The position numbers and the translations under genes were made by a program. Below, one piece after another: positions 35,667 through 44,562 of a stretch of 51,187 bases of DNA (positions are counted from its first letter, which is position 1; each line of letters begins with the position of its first letter). This stretch comes from a virus (taxonomy: Duplodnaviria > Caudoviricetes): IMG/VR virus record IMGVR_UViG_3300027752_000028, positions 1 to 51,187 of that record; one strand, written 5' to 3'. A model generated the notes under the pieces. It did not search any database. It worked only from the letters and a program-made list of their open reading frames with translations, and was not told the DNA's origin.

Positions 35667-36584
35667 CTAACTTGCAGAAGTCTGTGCTTTATTGAAATCC
35701 AAAGTTAGTGATTCTTTTTTACTTTTTTTCTTTTTTGGTACAATTTCTTGGGGTTCAATTACTTCAATATTAGAAATCTCTAATGGTTCAACATCAATAT
35801 CTAAGTTTGAGTAAATAGATTTACTTCTTTTAGGAATTATTTTTTTACCCTCTACAAACATTATATTGTTATCATCATCTAGCTTTAAGTAACCACCACC
35901 TTCTACTTTATCATCTACACTAATTCCACGTTTACCATAGTAGTCTTTAGGAAGTGTTTTAGATAGTTGCTTAATAACTGTTTTCTTATACATCCAACCT
36001 TGCGGGTCTTTATTTGAGCCATATAAAGAATTAGGGTATTTTGACATTTGTACAATTTCCATAATTTCTTTTTTAGACATCACTTTAAACATTGTTTCGC
36101 CATTTGTTAGCTTTGCAACTGCATAAACGTACTTTACATTTTTATTTGTTCTTTCGTGGTTTGGTTTATGAATTAATTTTGGTTCAAGACCAAGTTCGTA
36201 TTCAAACTCATCGTCTTGATATACAATTTCACTCCAAAGTTTTGAAATTTCTCCACTTCTTAAAATTAAGTTTATAACACCTTTGTAGCCTAAAATTGGT
36301 GTAATCTTAGAACCAAATGGTAAAAAGTAAAACTCCCCAACATCTGCTGATGGATTTAAACCAAGTTCAGCACATAGTAATATTGATGCAAATAAAGATG
36401 CGGGGTTGTTTAAGAACGCTTGTTGCATCTTCTCGCTTTTCTTAACCTCGTTTATCACAATGTTTTTAAACTGCGATGGAGTAATGCTATGTGTCTCTAA
36501 TAGTTCTGCTAAATTCTTTTGCTCATACTTTGAAATAGTATTTGAAAAATTGCTAATTAATTGTTGTTGTGATGTCTGTGCCAT
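35667..36584 (-). CDS. recT: RecT-family single-strand annealing protein
   Basis: CAELGLNP, FYFLPFG, GYKGVINLILRSG, VYQDDEFEYELG, MYKKTVIKQLSKTLP. Confidence 0.9.
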   Translation of the reverse strand: MAQTSQQQLISNFSNTISKYEQKNLAELLETHSITPSQFKNIVINEVKKSEKMQQAFLNNPASLFASILLCAELGLNPSADVGEFYFLPFGSKITPILGYKGVINLILRSGEISKLWSEIVYQDDEFEYELGLEPKLIHKPNHERTNKNVKYVYAVAKLTNGETMFKVMSKKEIMEIVQMSKYPNSLYGSNKDPQGWMYKKTVIKQLSKTLPKDYYGKRGISVDDKVEGGGYLKLDDDNNIMFVEGKKIIPKRSKSIYSNLDIDVEPLEISNIEVIEPQEIVPKKKKSKKESLTLDFNKAQTSAS

Positions 36585-36876
36585 AATAGATAGATTTAAT
36601 TTTAGATTTATTTGATTTACAATAATTGTTATTTATAAAAAATTCGTGTTCAATTTTTAGTTTTAATTTGTATTTATGAAACTTAATAAGTTGTATTTCT
36701 TGCGATACATTGTATTTGTACTTATGTAGCTTAATACCATATTTGAATTTTTTTGATGGTTTTTCGTTTTTAATAAAATCTCTTAATACATTTATATAGT
36801 TATTATAGTATGTGATTTCATTCTGAAATATATAGAGTTGATTAATTATTGAGTATTTATCCTCCATAATAAACAT
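36553..36876 (-). CDS. Hypothetical protein
   Basis: Fills the gap between the nuclease and recT; the start may be at 36867. Confidence 0.5.
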   Translation of the reverse strand: MFIMEDKYSIINQLYIFQNEITYYNNYINVLRDFIKNEKPSKKFKYGIKLHKYKYNVSQEIQLIKFHKYKLKLKIEHEFFINNNYCKSNKSKIKSIYYGTDITTTIN

Positions 36877-37657
36877 CTTCTATAAGTGGAATATCAGACT
36901 TGTAATCACAAGAACTATAAAGAGGACATTTAGAGCAACTTTTAATGCTTGGGTATGGTATAAAGTCTTTTTCTATATCCATAGCGTTAATCTGCTTAAA
37001 AATGCTAGATATGTGGTTCTCGTGAACTCTATAAGCATCTTCGTCTATGTTTATTCTAATAAACTTTACGTTATGTACTTCTTTAGACGAAAAAACCATA
37101 AATAAAAAGTCGAACTCATCATAGTTAAGACCGTAGTTTTCTTTTACTAACATCTTATACTGAATAGCTTGGACTAGCAATCTTTCTTTATAGTGTAGAC
37201 TTTCTACATCCCAACCCGTTTCTGCCCATTTATCATCAATAAGACCGCTATATTTTAAATCTATAATACAAGGTCTGCCATCCATTTTAGCCCAAATATC
37301 TAAAATACCATTTTTGTTTTTTGATTCTAGCTTTAAACCAACATCAACAATTTCAATCTTATATGCTTCTTTTATTTTTTTAAATAGTTCTGCTGATTCA
37401 TTTGCTCTCACATAGGGTGTAGACATAGCTTCTCGCTTTGTTCCTACATAAGATATTTTAGGTTCGGGCTTTACACCATTACGAGGTAAGCAACCCGTAG
37501 CAACAAACTCAAAGTAATTACCCAAATCCATAGGGAGTGTAGTTGGAAACTCTAAGTTGTCAAAATGTTGTGCCTTGAACTTTAACCCGCATAATTTTTT
37601 TCCTTTATAGTCATTGTAATTTTTTAAGAACGATTGACTTATTTTTTTGTTTTTCAT
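36857..37657 (-). CDS. PD-(D/E)XK exonuclease (RecE/Cas4-like) with an Fe-S-type Cys pattern
   Basis: GILD...IIDLKYS, Q..QY; N-terminal Cys plus CSKCPLYSSC; near recT. Confidence 0.8.
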   Translation of the reverse strand: MKNKKISQSFLKNYNDYKGKKLCGLKFKAQHFDNLEFPTTLPMDLGNYFEFVATGCLPRNGVKPEPKISYVGTKREAMSTPYVRANESAELFKKIKEAYKIEIVDVGLKLESKNKNGILDIWAKMDGRPCIIDLKYSGLIDDKWAETGWDVESLHYKERLLVQAIQYKMLVKENYGLNYDEFDFLFMVFSSKEVHNVKFIRINIDEDAYRVHENHISSIFKQINAMDIEKDFIPYPSIKSCSKCPLYSSCDYKSDIPLIEDVYYGG

Positions 37658-37658
37658 T

Positions 37659-37955
37659 TTATTGCTTTTTGTCGTTATTTACAATCTTTAGATATTCAGC
37701 TTCTTCTATCCAACCATCTTTAGTGTGATTAATACCAACCCAAATGTGATTTTTTTTATTCTTTATTTTAAATGATGTACCTATAATTAAACTTTCAACT
37801 CTTAAATCATATAGGTCTTTTATATCCATTACACCACCTACGTTTTGATTTAAAGAAATGAGCATACCATCTGCAACTTGTCTGCTCTCCGCTTCCATAA
37901 TCAAAGGTTTTTCTAACTGATAGAAGTAATACTTATATCTTTTAATGTTGCTCAA
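37659..37955 (-). CDS. Hypothetical protein
   Basis: 98-aa ORF in the operon. Confidence 0.7.
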   Translation of the reverse strand: MSNIKRYKYYFYQLEKPLIMEAESRQVADGMLISLNQNVGGVMDIKDLYDLRVESLIIGTSFKIKNKKNHIWVGINHTKDGWIEEAEYLKIVNNDKKQ

Positions 37956-38157
37956 ATTGGTGTAATTTAAGTTCTAGCACTTTATATTGAATATTTATAA
38001 ATTTAACTAAAAGACTTGTTGAAATCTCAAAATCATCTTTATACTTTCTTTCAAATATTTGTACCATTCTTTGAATTGCTTGTAAGTGAGAAAAGTTGTT
38101 TTTAGGGTTTTTTATTGTTGCAAATAATTTTTCAAAATCTAATAAAATAGGATTCAT
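37942..38157 (-). CDS. Hypothetical protein
   Basis: 71-aa ORF in the operon. Confidence 0.65.
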   Translation of the reverse strand: MNPILLDFEKLFATIKNPKNNFSHLQAIQRMVQIFERKYKDDFEISTSLLVKFINIQYKVLELKLHQFEQH

Positions 38158-38254
38158 AATTTAGTATATTTGATATGTACGCTTTATTTGTGTCTTGCGT
38201 AAAGTTTCTTGTAAACGGAAAGGGGGAATTTGGTTGATAGCTTATTCCCTCTTT

Positions 38255-38557
38255 TTATTTTATAACTTTATATGCAAATGGCTTTCCAATATCTTTCTGC
38301 TCACAATATAGTAGAAGTGCTTTAAATGTCTCTAGTGCTTTTAGTCTACCCTTTACAATAGCTTTGTTATAAAAGAACCAATAAAAGTGATACTCGTCAT
38401 CAACTAAACCGAACTTATATAGGTTTCCGCTTTGAGGTTTCTGTTGATTACTTAAACGTATTAGTGTGAAGTCAATACCCCTCTCGTTAAATGTTTGGGT
38501 AGAGTAGTCGTGTTCCATCTCTTTTTCAGAGAATGGGATTAATTTTAAATCATCCAT
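38255..38557 (-). CDS. Hypothetical protein
   Basis: 100-aa ORF preceded by a TATATTTG box. Confidence 0.7.
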   Translation of the reverse strand: MDDLKLIPFSEKEMEHDYSTQTFNERGIDFTLIRLSNQQKPQSGNLYKFGLVDDEYHFYWFFYNKAIVKGRLKALETFKALLLYCEQKDIGKPFAYKVIK

Positions 38558-38583
38558 AAATTGATTGCATTTGATTACGAAAG

Positions 38584-38591
38584 CAAATATA
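38584..38591 (-). promoter_or_regulatory. Candidate -7 promoter box (TATATTTG)
   Basis: CAAATATA on the + strand, 26 nt upstream of the 38557 start. Confidence 0.55.
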
Positions 38592-38626
38592 GAGAATAAT
38601 AATTATTTTACAAAATAATAAAACAT

Positions 38627-38656
38627 AAAAAAGGGGATAAATTAATACCCCCCTTT
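38627..38656 (-). terminator. Rho-independent terminator after the PolB-like gene
   Basis: Minus strand AAAGGGG...CCCCTTTTTT hairpin. Confidence 0.6.
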
Positions 38657-38679
38657 AGATTAAGCTATTGAGTGGCGAT

Positions 38680-39381
38680 TCAATAACCTAATTGCTTGTA
38701 TGTTAAATTGTACTTGTCGAAGTAGTCTTGAACTAACTTTATATTTTTTAAATTCTCCCGATAATAAATACAGTCTGTTTTCCAAGCGAAAAAATCATCT
38801 CCCACTAATTCCGATGCTTCTTTCATAAAAGTAAAGCAAGTAAGTCTAATAAACTTAAATACGTTTTTTAAATCTACATTCTCTTGCTGATAAACATAGG
38901 ATTCTTTCTTTTCTCCTTTTTCGTAGCTATCAAATTTCTTTTCTCGCCCTAAAACAGATAGTGTAGCAAGTCGTAGTGCTTTACATTCGGTATCTAGCCC
39001 ACTAATGTATGTTTTTTCGTTAATCATCCCGTAGAGGTAAGCTATTCGCCAATAAGCGTGGTTTAAGTCAGTTCCACACATAGTACCCTCGTCAGTATCA
39101 TAATCATAGTTATACCTAATAGAATTAAGTTCTTCGGGTAAATAAACTACATTACTATTAAGCCATTTTGTAACTTGTTGTTTTACGTTATTGAACAAGT
39201 ATATCTTTTTCTTTGGAAAATTGGTTTGAGATGCAAAAACTATATGCTTATCATCCATAAGAATTTCAGTACATTCAGAAGCCCTCCTAACAGAGAAACT
39301 TAATTTATTTGAAACTAAATCCTTTATGTAATTGTCTACACTTCCCGATTTTATATATTTCCTTGTTAATGCTTCGCTCAT
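38680..39381 (-). CDS. Minimal family-B DNA polymerase-like palm protein (no exonuclease domain)
   Basis: Motif A-like TDLNHAYW, motif B-like KALRLATLSVLG and motif C-like WKTDCIYY in the correct order; only 233 aa. Confidence 0.55.
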   Translation of the reverse strand: MSEALTRKYIKSGSVDNYIKDLVSNKLSFSVRRASECTEILMDDKHIVFASQTNFPKKKIYLFNNVKQQVTKWLNSNVVYLPEELNSIRYNYDYDTDEGTMCGTDLNHAYWRIAYLYGMINEKTYISGLDTECKALRLATLSVLGREKKFDSYEKGEKKESYVYQQENVDLKNVFKFIRLTCFTFMKEASELVGDDFFAWKTDCIYYRENLKNIKLVQDYFDKYNLTYKQLGY

Positions 39382-40337
39382 ATTATACCACCTTTTTCAA
39401 ATTTATCTAAAAGTTTTGCTCTTTCTTCTTTATATTCTTTTTTAGTGAAAACACCATCCTTGAAATCTTCCCTCAAAGTTTGTAAAGCATCAGCCAATGC
39501 TCTTGGGTCTTTAGCTTTTTTTATCTTTGCTTGAATTATTTTATCTTCTTTTTTACCAACAACTTTATCGGGAGTTAAAAACTCTCTTTTTTTAGACTTT
39601 GACTTTTTTGCAGAATTTTCTTTTTTGATTAAGTCTTTTAATTGTTTTCTATTTTTTTTCTGATTGTCTGTAAGGTCTTTTAAGTTTACTCCTTTAACAA
39701 CCCTTCTCTCTTTTTCATCATCTGTCAAAAATTCATCAATGGTTTCATTTGCACTTTCATCTCCAACAAATACCGCTTTTATAAAGTAAGAACAATTTGA
39801 TTTATCTCCTTGCTTTTTACCTTTTTTTCTTATTCTAAAAAAAGTAATGTTACCAAGACCAAAATCATAAAGCACCCTTATACCCGCAGTAAGTTCTCCA
39901 TTTCCTACATTTGGCATATCTTTTACTTTTACAATACCCGTATTAACCAAATTATCTCCATTTGAAAGCCCTACTTGAACTTGTGTATTTGGTGGAAAAC
40001 TTCTAATTGTTTCTTCCAAATCAAATGGGTCTATAATACCTAAATCAGAATCGGGTATTGCAAAAACATTATGACATTTTGATTTATTTTTAGTAGCTAC
40101 ATCATCGTTGATTGCGTTTTCTACATTTTTTAATGTAAAATCTTTTAGAGGTAGTTCTTTAAATGTTGGAAATAGATTTTTAGAAGTCCATTTTTGAATT
40201 TTGTTCCAACTGTTTTTTGAATTGCTTTCAGATTCATCTAAAATCTGTTGCTTTAATTCGGGGTTTTTGTCTGCAATCTTTTTTACAAGAGATGCAAGTT
40301 TCCCAAACTTCCTAAAATTATTTGTTTTTTTCGCCAC
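39378..40337 (-). CDS. Lys-rich protein ending in FEKGGII
   Basis: GTG start; overlaps the PolB-like start; C-terminal SHOCT-like helix pair plus GG motif. Confidence 0.8.
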   Translation of the reverse strand: MAKKTNNFRKFGKLASLVKKIADKNPELKQQILDESESNSKNSWNKIQKWTSKNLFPTFKELPLKDFTLKNVENAINDDVATKNKSKCHNVFAIPDSDLGIIDPFDLEETIRSFPPNTQVQVGLSNGDNLVNTGIVKVKDMPNVGNGELTAGIRVLYDFGLGNITFFRIRKKGKKQGDKSNCSYFIKAVFVGDESANETIDEFLTDDEKERRVVKGVNLKDLTDNQKKNRKQLKDLIKKENSAKKSKSKKREFLTPDKVVGKKEDKIIQAKIKKAKDPRALADALQTLREDFKDGVFTKKEYKEERAKLLDKFEKGGII

Positions 40338-40357
40338 AATAAGTAAGTTTTATGTTT

Positions 40358-40365
40358 CAAAGATA
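40358..40365 (-). promoter_or_regulatory. Candidate -7 promoter box (TATCTTTG)
   Basis: CAAAGATA on the + strand, 20 nt upstream of 40337. Confidence 0.55.
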
Positions 40366-40482
40366 ATAAATTATTCCTAACTTTGAAGTGTCAGTAGACA
40401 AAATAGATAAAAATAAGGTTGGATGTTATTTGATTACAACTTGTATATCTGTAAAACCCTTCTCCCATAGAGGGGTTTCCTT

Positions 40483-41154
40483 TTATATATTGTTTTTGAT
40501 AACCGTAAACCAATCACGATTAGTGTCCATAAGCAAACCTTTAGAATCAGTTTTTAAAATCTTTTTAGTTACCGCTTGATTAACATTACCTCCAATAACT
40601 TCAATTTGATTTCCTTTAGTAGATACAACTATATCGCAATGACTTTTATAAGACCCCGTTGTATCATAACCAACTCCATCTTGTCTTGCATAGCAAACTA
40701 AATCTCCAACTTTAGGTGCAATCTCATTTATTCTATAACCGACAAATGGTTCTTTAGAATTACCACTTTTTCGATTAGCAATACTGTCAGTTATATATTT
40801 AGAGTGTGATGGATTATAAACAAATTTACTTCCCGCACCCGCTTTTTTCATAATCCAAGAAATAAACGTAGCAGACCAAGGCACTTCTCGGTCAGAACCA
40901 ACGAGATTTTGACCCGTACCCTCTTTCCAATATCTACCAACTCTTTCAGAGAAACCTTCATCGGATTCAAAACCTCCATCTATAATTTGATTTCCATTAA
41001 TATCAATAGTAGGTTCTCCCCAACCTTGCCATTCGCTTTTAGCGATAGAAACTGCTCTATACTTAACTAAAATCTTACGCAATACAAGAATCAAGGCAGT
41101 TCCTCCTAGAACTGCCCCAATACCAAAGAATATTATGTTTCTGTTTTTAGACAA
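40483..41154 (-). CDS. N-anchored DUF2272/CHAP-like cell-wall hydrolase
   Basis: PWSATFISWIM, PKVGDLVC, SHCDIVV, IGGNV; N-terminal TM. Confidence 0.75.
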   Translation of the reverse strand: MSKNRNIIFFGIGAVLGGTALILVLRKILVKYRAVSIAKSEWQGWGEPTIDINGNQIIDGGFESDEGFSERVGRYWKEGTGQNLVGSDREVPWSATFISWIMKKAGAGSKFVYNPSHSKYITDSIANRKSGNSKEPFVGYRINEIAPKVGDLVCYARQDGVGYDTTGSYKSHCDIVVSTKGNQIEVIGGNVNQAVTKKILKTDSKGLLMDTNRDWFTVIKNNI

Positions 41155-41592
41155 CTAGAATTGCCCTTTTATGTTAGTATTAAAGAAATCTGCTGAAACT
41201 TGACCTAATACCGCACTTGGGTACATAGATTTGAATGTTGCAAATGGCTTTTGATTATCAGAAACCGCTTGTTCAGTTTTACTACCGAAATCTCCATCTA
41301 CTCCATCTTTTAAAACCCCAAAAGTTCCAAGGTCGTAACCATTAGAGATTAAAAACCTTTGTAGTTGTTTTACTTTTTCTCCTTTACTACCTCTTTTTAA
41401 TGGTAATCCCATAGTAGAAGTTGTTGTGGTTGTAGTTGTAGAACCTCCATCGCTAATGATAATCTCACTTATTCCATCTTTAGATTTATCCCCAATATAT
41501 TCAGTTGGTTGTATTACTCTTTTGTAAATAAAGTAACCCCCTACGATAGTAGCGATACCTCCTAAAGTCCAAAATATAGTTTTTGTATTCAT
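41155..41592 (-). CDS. N-anchored peptidoglycan-binding (PG_binding_1) protein
   Basis: LKRGSKGEKVKQLQRFL...GVDGDFGSKTEQAV; poly-Thr linker. Confidence 0.85.
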   Translation of the reverse strand: MNTKTIFWTLGGIATIVGGYFIYKRVIQPTEYIGDKSKDGISEIIISDGGSTTTTTTTSTMGLPLKRGSKGEKVKQLQRFLISNGYDLGTFGVLKDGVDGDFGSKTEQAVSDNQKPFATFKSMYPSAVLGQVSADFFNTNIKGQF

Positions 41593-41599
41593 AGTTTAA

Positions 41600-41809
41600 T
41601 TATTTAGTTGATTTTCCAATTAAGAACCCGATAATAAGTCCTCCTAGTGCTAAGATAATATGTTTTTTCTTCATACTAACACCTTTATTTTCATAACCTC
41701 CATCTCCATAGATGGCTTCATCAATTTTATCTTGATATTGTTTTGCGGTTATTTTGCCTTTATCTACAAGCCCTTGTAGTTCTTTTTTTAATTCGTCTAG
41801 TTTTGACAT
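41600..41809 (-). CDS. Small C-anchored membrane protein
   Basis: IILALGGLIIGFLIGK. Confidence 0.75.
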   Translation of the reverse strand: MSKLDELKKELQGLVDKGKITAKQYQDKIDEAIYGDGGYENKGVSMKKKHIILALGGLIIGFLIGKSTK

Positions 41810-41812
41810 ATC

Positions 41813-42025
41813 TTATTTTTTTAATTTCTTGTATACAAAATATCCTAGCATACCAAGACCAACTAAAGTTAGCCAACTTAAATTTTTCTTATCTGACATA
41901 GGCACTTGCATATTTGGAAGCGGGTCTGTCGCTTCTGTTTGAACATCAGTATCTATTGGGTCAAGCCCTAAAGATACTTCACATTCTTTATTCGCTTGAT
42001 TTACTTGCTCTACTGTATAACTCAT
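41813..42025 (-). CDS. Small C-anchored membrane protein (shares its C-terminus with the 42030 ORF)
   Basis: Track ORF 41813..42055; likelier start MSYTV at 42025. Confidence 0.75.
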   Translation of the reverse strand: MSYTVEQVNQANKECEVSLGLDPIDTDVQTEATDPLPNMQVPMSDKKNLSWLTLVGLGMLGYFVYKKLKK

Positions 42026-42194
42026 AATCTTATTTTGTAAGTTTCTTATATACAAAATATCCTAGCACACCAAGACCAACTAAAGTTAGCCAACTTAAAT
42101 TTTTCTTATCTGACATAGGCACTTGCATATTTGGAAGCGGGTCTGTCGCTTCTGTTTGAACATCAGTATCTATTGGGTCAAGCCCTAAAGATAC
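41825..42194. repeat. 153-bp near-identical direct repeat (41825-41977 and 42042-42194)
   Basis: Two mismatches seen; encodes VSLGLDPID...LGYFVYKK twice. Confidence 0.95.
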
Positions 42195-42368
42195 ATCAGA
42201 ACCACCGCAGTTGCAAGGTGGCATTAAACAATTACAAGTTGTTTGAGAAGATGTTTGAGAACTCAATCTAATTTCATCTTCTTGACTTAAAAACCCACTC
42301 CAATCATCTGTACTTAATGGTGCTTTTCTTTGTACAGAACCACTCCAATTATTTGTATTACTTATCAT
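42030..42368 (-). CDS. C-anchored membrane protein with a CNC..PPCNC motif
   Basis: 112 aa; duplicated C-terminal half. Confidence 0.8.
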   Translation of the reverse strand: MISNTNNWSGSVQRKAPLSTDDWSGFLSQEDEIRLSSQTSSQTTCNCLMPPCNCGGSDVSLGLDPIDTDVQTEATDPLPNMQVPMSDKKNLSWLTLVGLGVLGYFVYKKLTK

Positions 42369-42460
42369 ATATATTTATTTAATATTAGGTATAAAAATGT
42401 TGCGAACAAACCAACAAAAGACCAAAATGATGTTTTATATTTAGATTCATTGTCGTTCAT
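42365..42460 (-). CDS. 31-aa membrane protein (not in ORF track)
   Basis: MNDNESKYKTSFWSFVGLFATFLYLILNKYI; ATGA overlap. Confidence 0.55.
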   Translation of the reverse strand: MNDNESKYKTSFWSFVGLFATFLYLILNKYI

Positions 42461-42474
42461 TCTGTTTTATAATT

Positions 42475-42957
42475 TTATAAGTTATTGTAAATTTCCTCTG
42501 CTTTTTCCATTCTCTCGTTTACGATAACTTGGGGTCTTTCATAATATTTAGCAAAAGCAAATGCTGATTCACTAGGGGTTGTTTTTGACAACAATTCTCT
42601 TTTTGCTCTTGTTTCAGTATTGTTTAATTCCCAATCAATAAATCGAAGTTGTACTTCAAATGAGTTGATGTCTAAATTTCTTTCATTGCACCAAGATTTC
42701 AAGGCATCCCATCTACTTTTATGCCATTGGGCAAGTCCGAATGATGTACCATTATCTCCAAGGGCTTGAGGGTCATACTTTGATTCAGTATATAAATTAC
42801 CCGCAATACCCGAAGCATTGGCTTTAGAATAGCCTAATCCCATTAAGAATCGGGCTATCCCTTTACCATCTCTTGCTAGTGTAGGTCTTTTTTTTGCACT
42901 AATGAATAAAACAAAAGCAACACCTAAACCTAAACCCAAAGCAACGTATTTTAACAT
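42475..42957 (-). CDS. N-anchored phage tail-lysozyme-like (Phage_lysozyme2) muramidase
   Basis: GIAGNLYTES, FGLAQW, QLRFIDWEL, FAKYYERP; likelier start MLKYVALG at 42957. Confidence 0.85.
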   Translation of the reverse strand: MLKYVALGLGLGVAFVLFISAKKRPTLARDGKGIARFLMGLGYSKANASGIAGNLYTESKYDPQALGDNGTSFGLAQWHKSRWDALKSWCNERNLDINSFEVQLRFIDWELNNTETRAKRELLSKTTPSESAFAFAKYYERPQVIVNERMEKAEEIYNNL

Positions 42958-42958
42958 A

Positions 42959-43075
42959 CTATTCCTCTGTTGTACCCGCTTTTGAACCTTTCTTAAAAGC
43001 ATATCCTACAACGTAGACTGATACTGCTAATCCTACTAATCCTAATGCGTACTGTACTAAACTCATCTTTTTCAT
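42959..43075 (-). CDS. 38-aa membrane protein (not in ORF track)
   Basis: MKKMSLVQYALGLVGLAVSVYVVGYAFKKGSKAGTTEE. Confidence 0.7.
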   Translation of the reverse strand: MKKMSLVQYALGLVGLAVSVYVVGYAFKKGSKAGTTEE

Positions 43076-43123
43076 AACATTTGTATTTAAAATTTAACTT
43101 AACTTAATTGTCTTAATGGTGTA

Positions 43124-43543
43124 TTATAATCCACCTCTACCTATTTGTATGTTACCTATTGTTCCTTCATCTATTGGAACGGGTAAACCTTCTCTTTGTT
43201 CGGGATTTGCTTTTACATAATTTGCAAACTCTTGCTCTAATCCTTTTTGAACGATAATTTTTCTTGCACTCAATCTAATTGCTCTTAAAGATTCTAGCTT
43301 AATTACATTTTTTGCCCTAGCTTCTTCATCTCCAAAAAGGTCTAACCCCGTAAAAGTATTTGCTTTTTTAAATAATTCTTTTTTCTCATCTAAAGTTAGC
43401 TTTGACTTTTTTTGTTTTAAGGTAGATAGGTCTGTTAATTCTTCTTCTAGTATTATCGACTTATTGAATTTCTTATATAATAGATATGCAACACCTAAAC
43501 CAACACCTATTCCCGATACTATTAGTATAGTTTTTGTTTTCAT
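43124..43543 (-). CDS. N-anchored membrane protein (paralogue of 43545)
   Basis: Shares MKTK.I, EK.ELF.KAN and GL..EF..YV..NP.QR.G with its neighbour. Confidence 0.8.
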   Translation of the reverse strand: MKTKTILIVSGIGVGLGVAYLLYKKFNKSIILEEELTDLSTLKQKKSKLTLDEKKELFKKANTFTGLDLFGDEEARAKNVIKLESLRAIRLSARKIIVQKGLEQEFANYVKANPEQREGLPVPIDEGTIGNIQIGRGGL

Positions 43544-43544
43544 A

Positions 43545-43925
43545 TTACTCTCCTTGTATTCCTTCGCCTAGCAGAATTAATGCTCCTTGTCTTTGTTTTG
43601 GATTATCTAAAACATATTTTTCAAACTCTTTCTGCAAACCTAATTTAAAAATTTTTGACCTAGAACTTTCCCTCATTGTTCGGTAAGCTACTTGAATTTG
43701 TCTTATCTCTTGAGGAGTTTTAGTTCGATTAATACTCATTAATTGAAGATTGGGCTGATAATATTTATTTGCTTTTCTAAATAATTCTTCTTTTTCTTCT
43801 TCACTAATAACAGAATTATCATTTGGTGGAGGTAGAGGGATAGCTTTTTTGCTTGATTTTCTATATAGAAAATACGCTAAAGTTATTCCAAGAACTGATA
43901 ATATTACTATGTTTTTTGTTTTCAT
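43545..43925 (-). CDS. N-anchored membrane protein (paralogue of 43124)
   Basis: Same shared motifs as 43124. Confidence 0.8.
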   Translation of the reverse strand: MKTKNIVILSVLGITLAYFLYRKSSKKAIPLPPPNDNSVISEEEKEELFRKANKYYQPNLQLMSINRTKTPQEIRQIQVAYRTMRESSRSKIFKLGLQKEFEKYVLDNPKQRQGALILLGEGIQGE

Positions 43926-43931
43926 AAATGT

Positions 43932-44444
43932 TTATTTAACTATTATTGTTTCATTTGTAGGAGTTGGCATACCACCTCTCAAAACAGTAATTCTTTTGCC
44001 AAAACTTACTTTCCAATTTAATTTTGTGTTATTAAATATGTAATCCACAACATCCTTTGTTGTTGCGACATTTACACAATCAATTCTACCGCCACTAGCA
44101 TTAAGACTATTTTCAAATGCTTCATTAGGACAAGCAAGTCTAGTTTCTAATTCGGGCAAATCTCCTACAACTATCCATTTACCACTTGTTTTTTGTTGAA
44201 ACAAAGATGGACTAGCATTGTTGCTAGGCATTTGATATGATATAGTTGCACTCATTCGTCTAAACATACCAACATCCTCTGTTAGAAAAATTGGTCTGTC
44301 AGTTGTTCTTAAATCTTGTGGTGTGAATGAAAATCTACTATCGGTAGTGATAGTTTTTGGAGAACTTGTGTTTTTATTTTTAGATAAAAGGTAATATAGA
44401 CCCAAACCTATTGCACCTAACCAAAGTAAATTCTTGTTTTTCAT
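43932..44444 (-). CDS. N-anchored membrane protein
   Basis: LLWLGAIGLGLYYLLSK. Confidence 0.8.
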   Translation of the reverse strand: MKNKNLLWLGAIGLGLYYLLSKNKNTSSPKTITTDSRFSFTPQDLRTTDRPIFLTEDVGMFRRMSATISYQMPSNNASPSLFQQKTSGKWIVVGDLPELETRLACPNEAFENSLNASGGRIDCVNVATTKDVVDYIFNNTKLNWKVSFGKRITVLRGGMPTPTNETIIVK

Positions 44445-44562
44445 ATCTATATTAAATTAAAAAAATATAGCAAATATCAAAAATTATTTTTAGGAATAAT
44501 AATTATCTACAATCAATGTTTACAACAAATGAGTTATATACTTTTGTTAAATACAATAATTG

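Noticed and set aside
41825-42194. Diversity-generating retroelement template/variable repeat pair
   Set aside because: There is no reverse transcriptase in the window, only two mismatches, and both copies are coding TM anchors.
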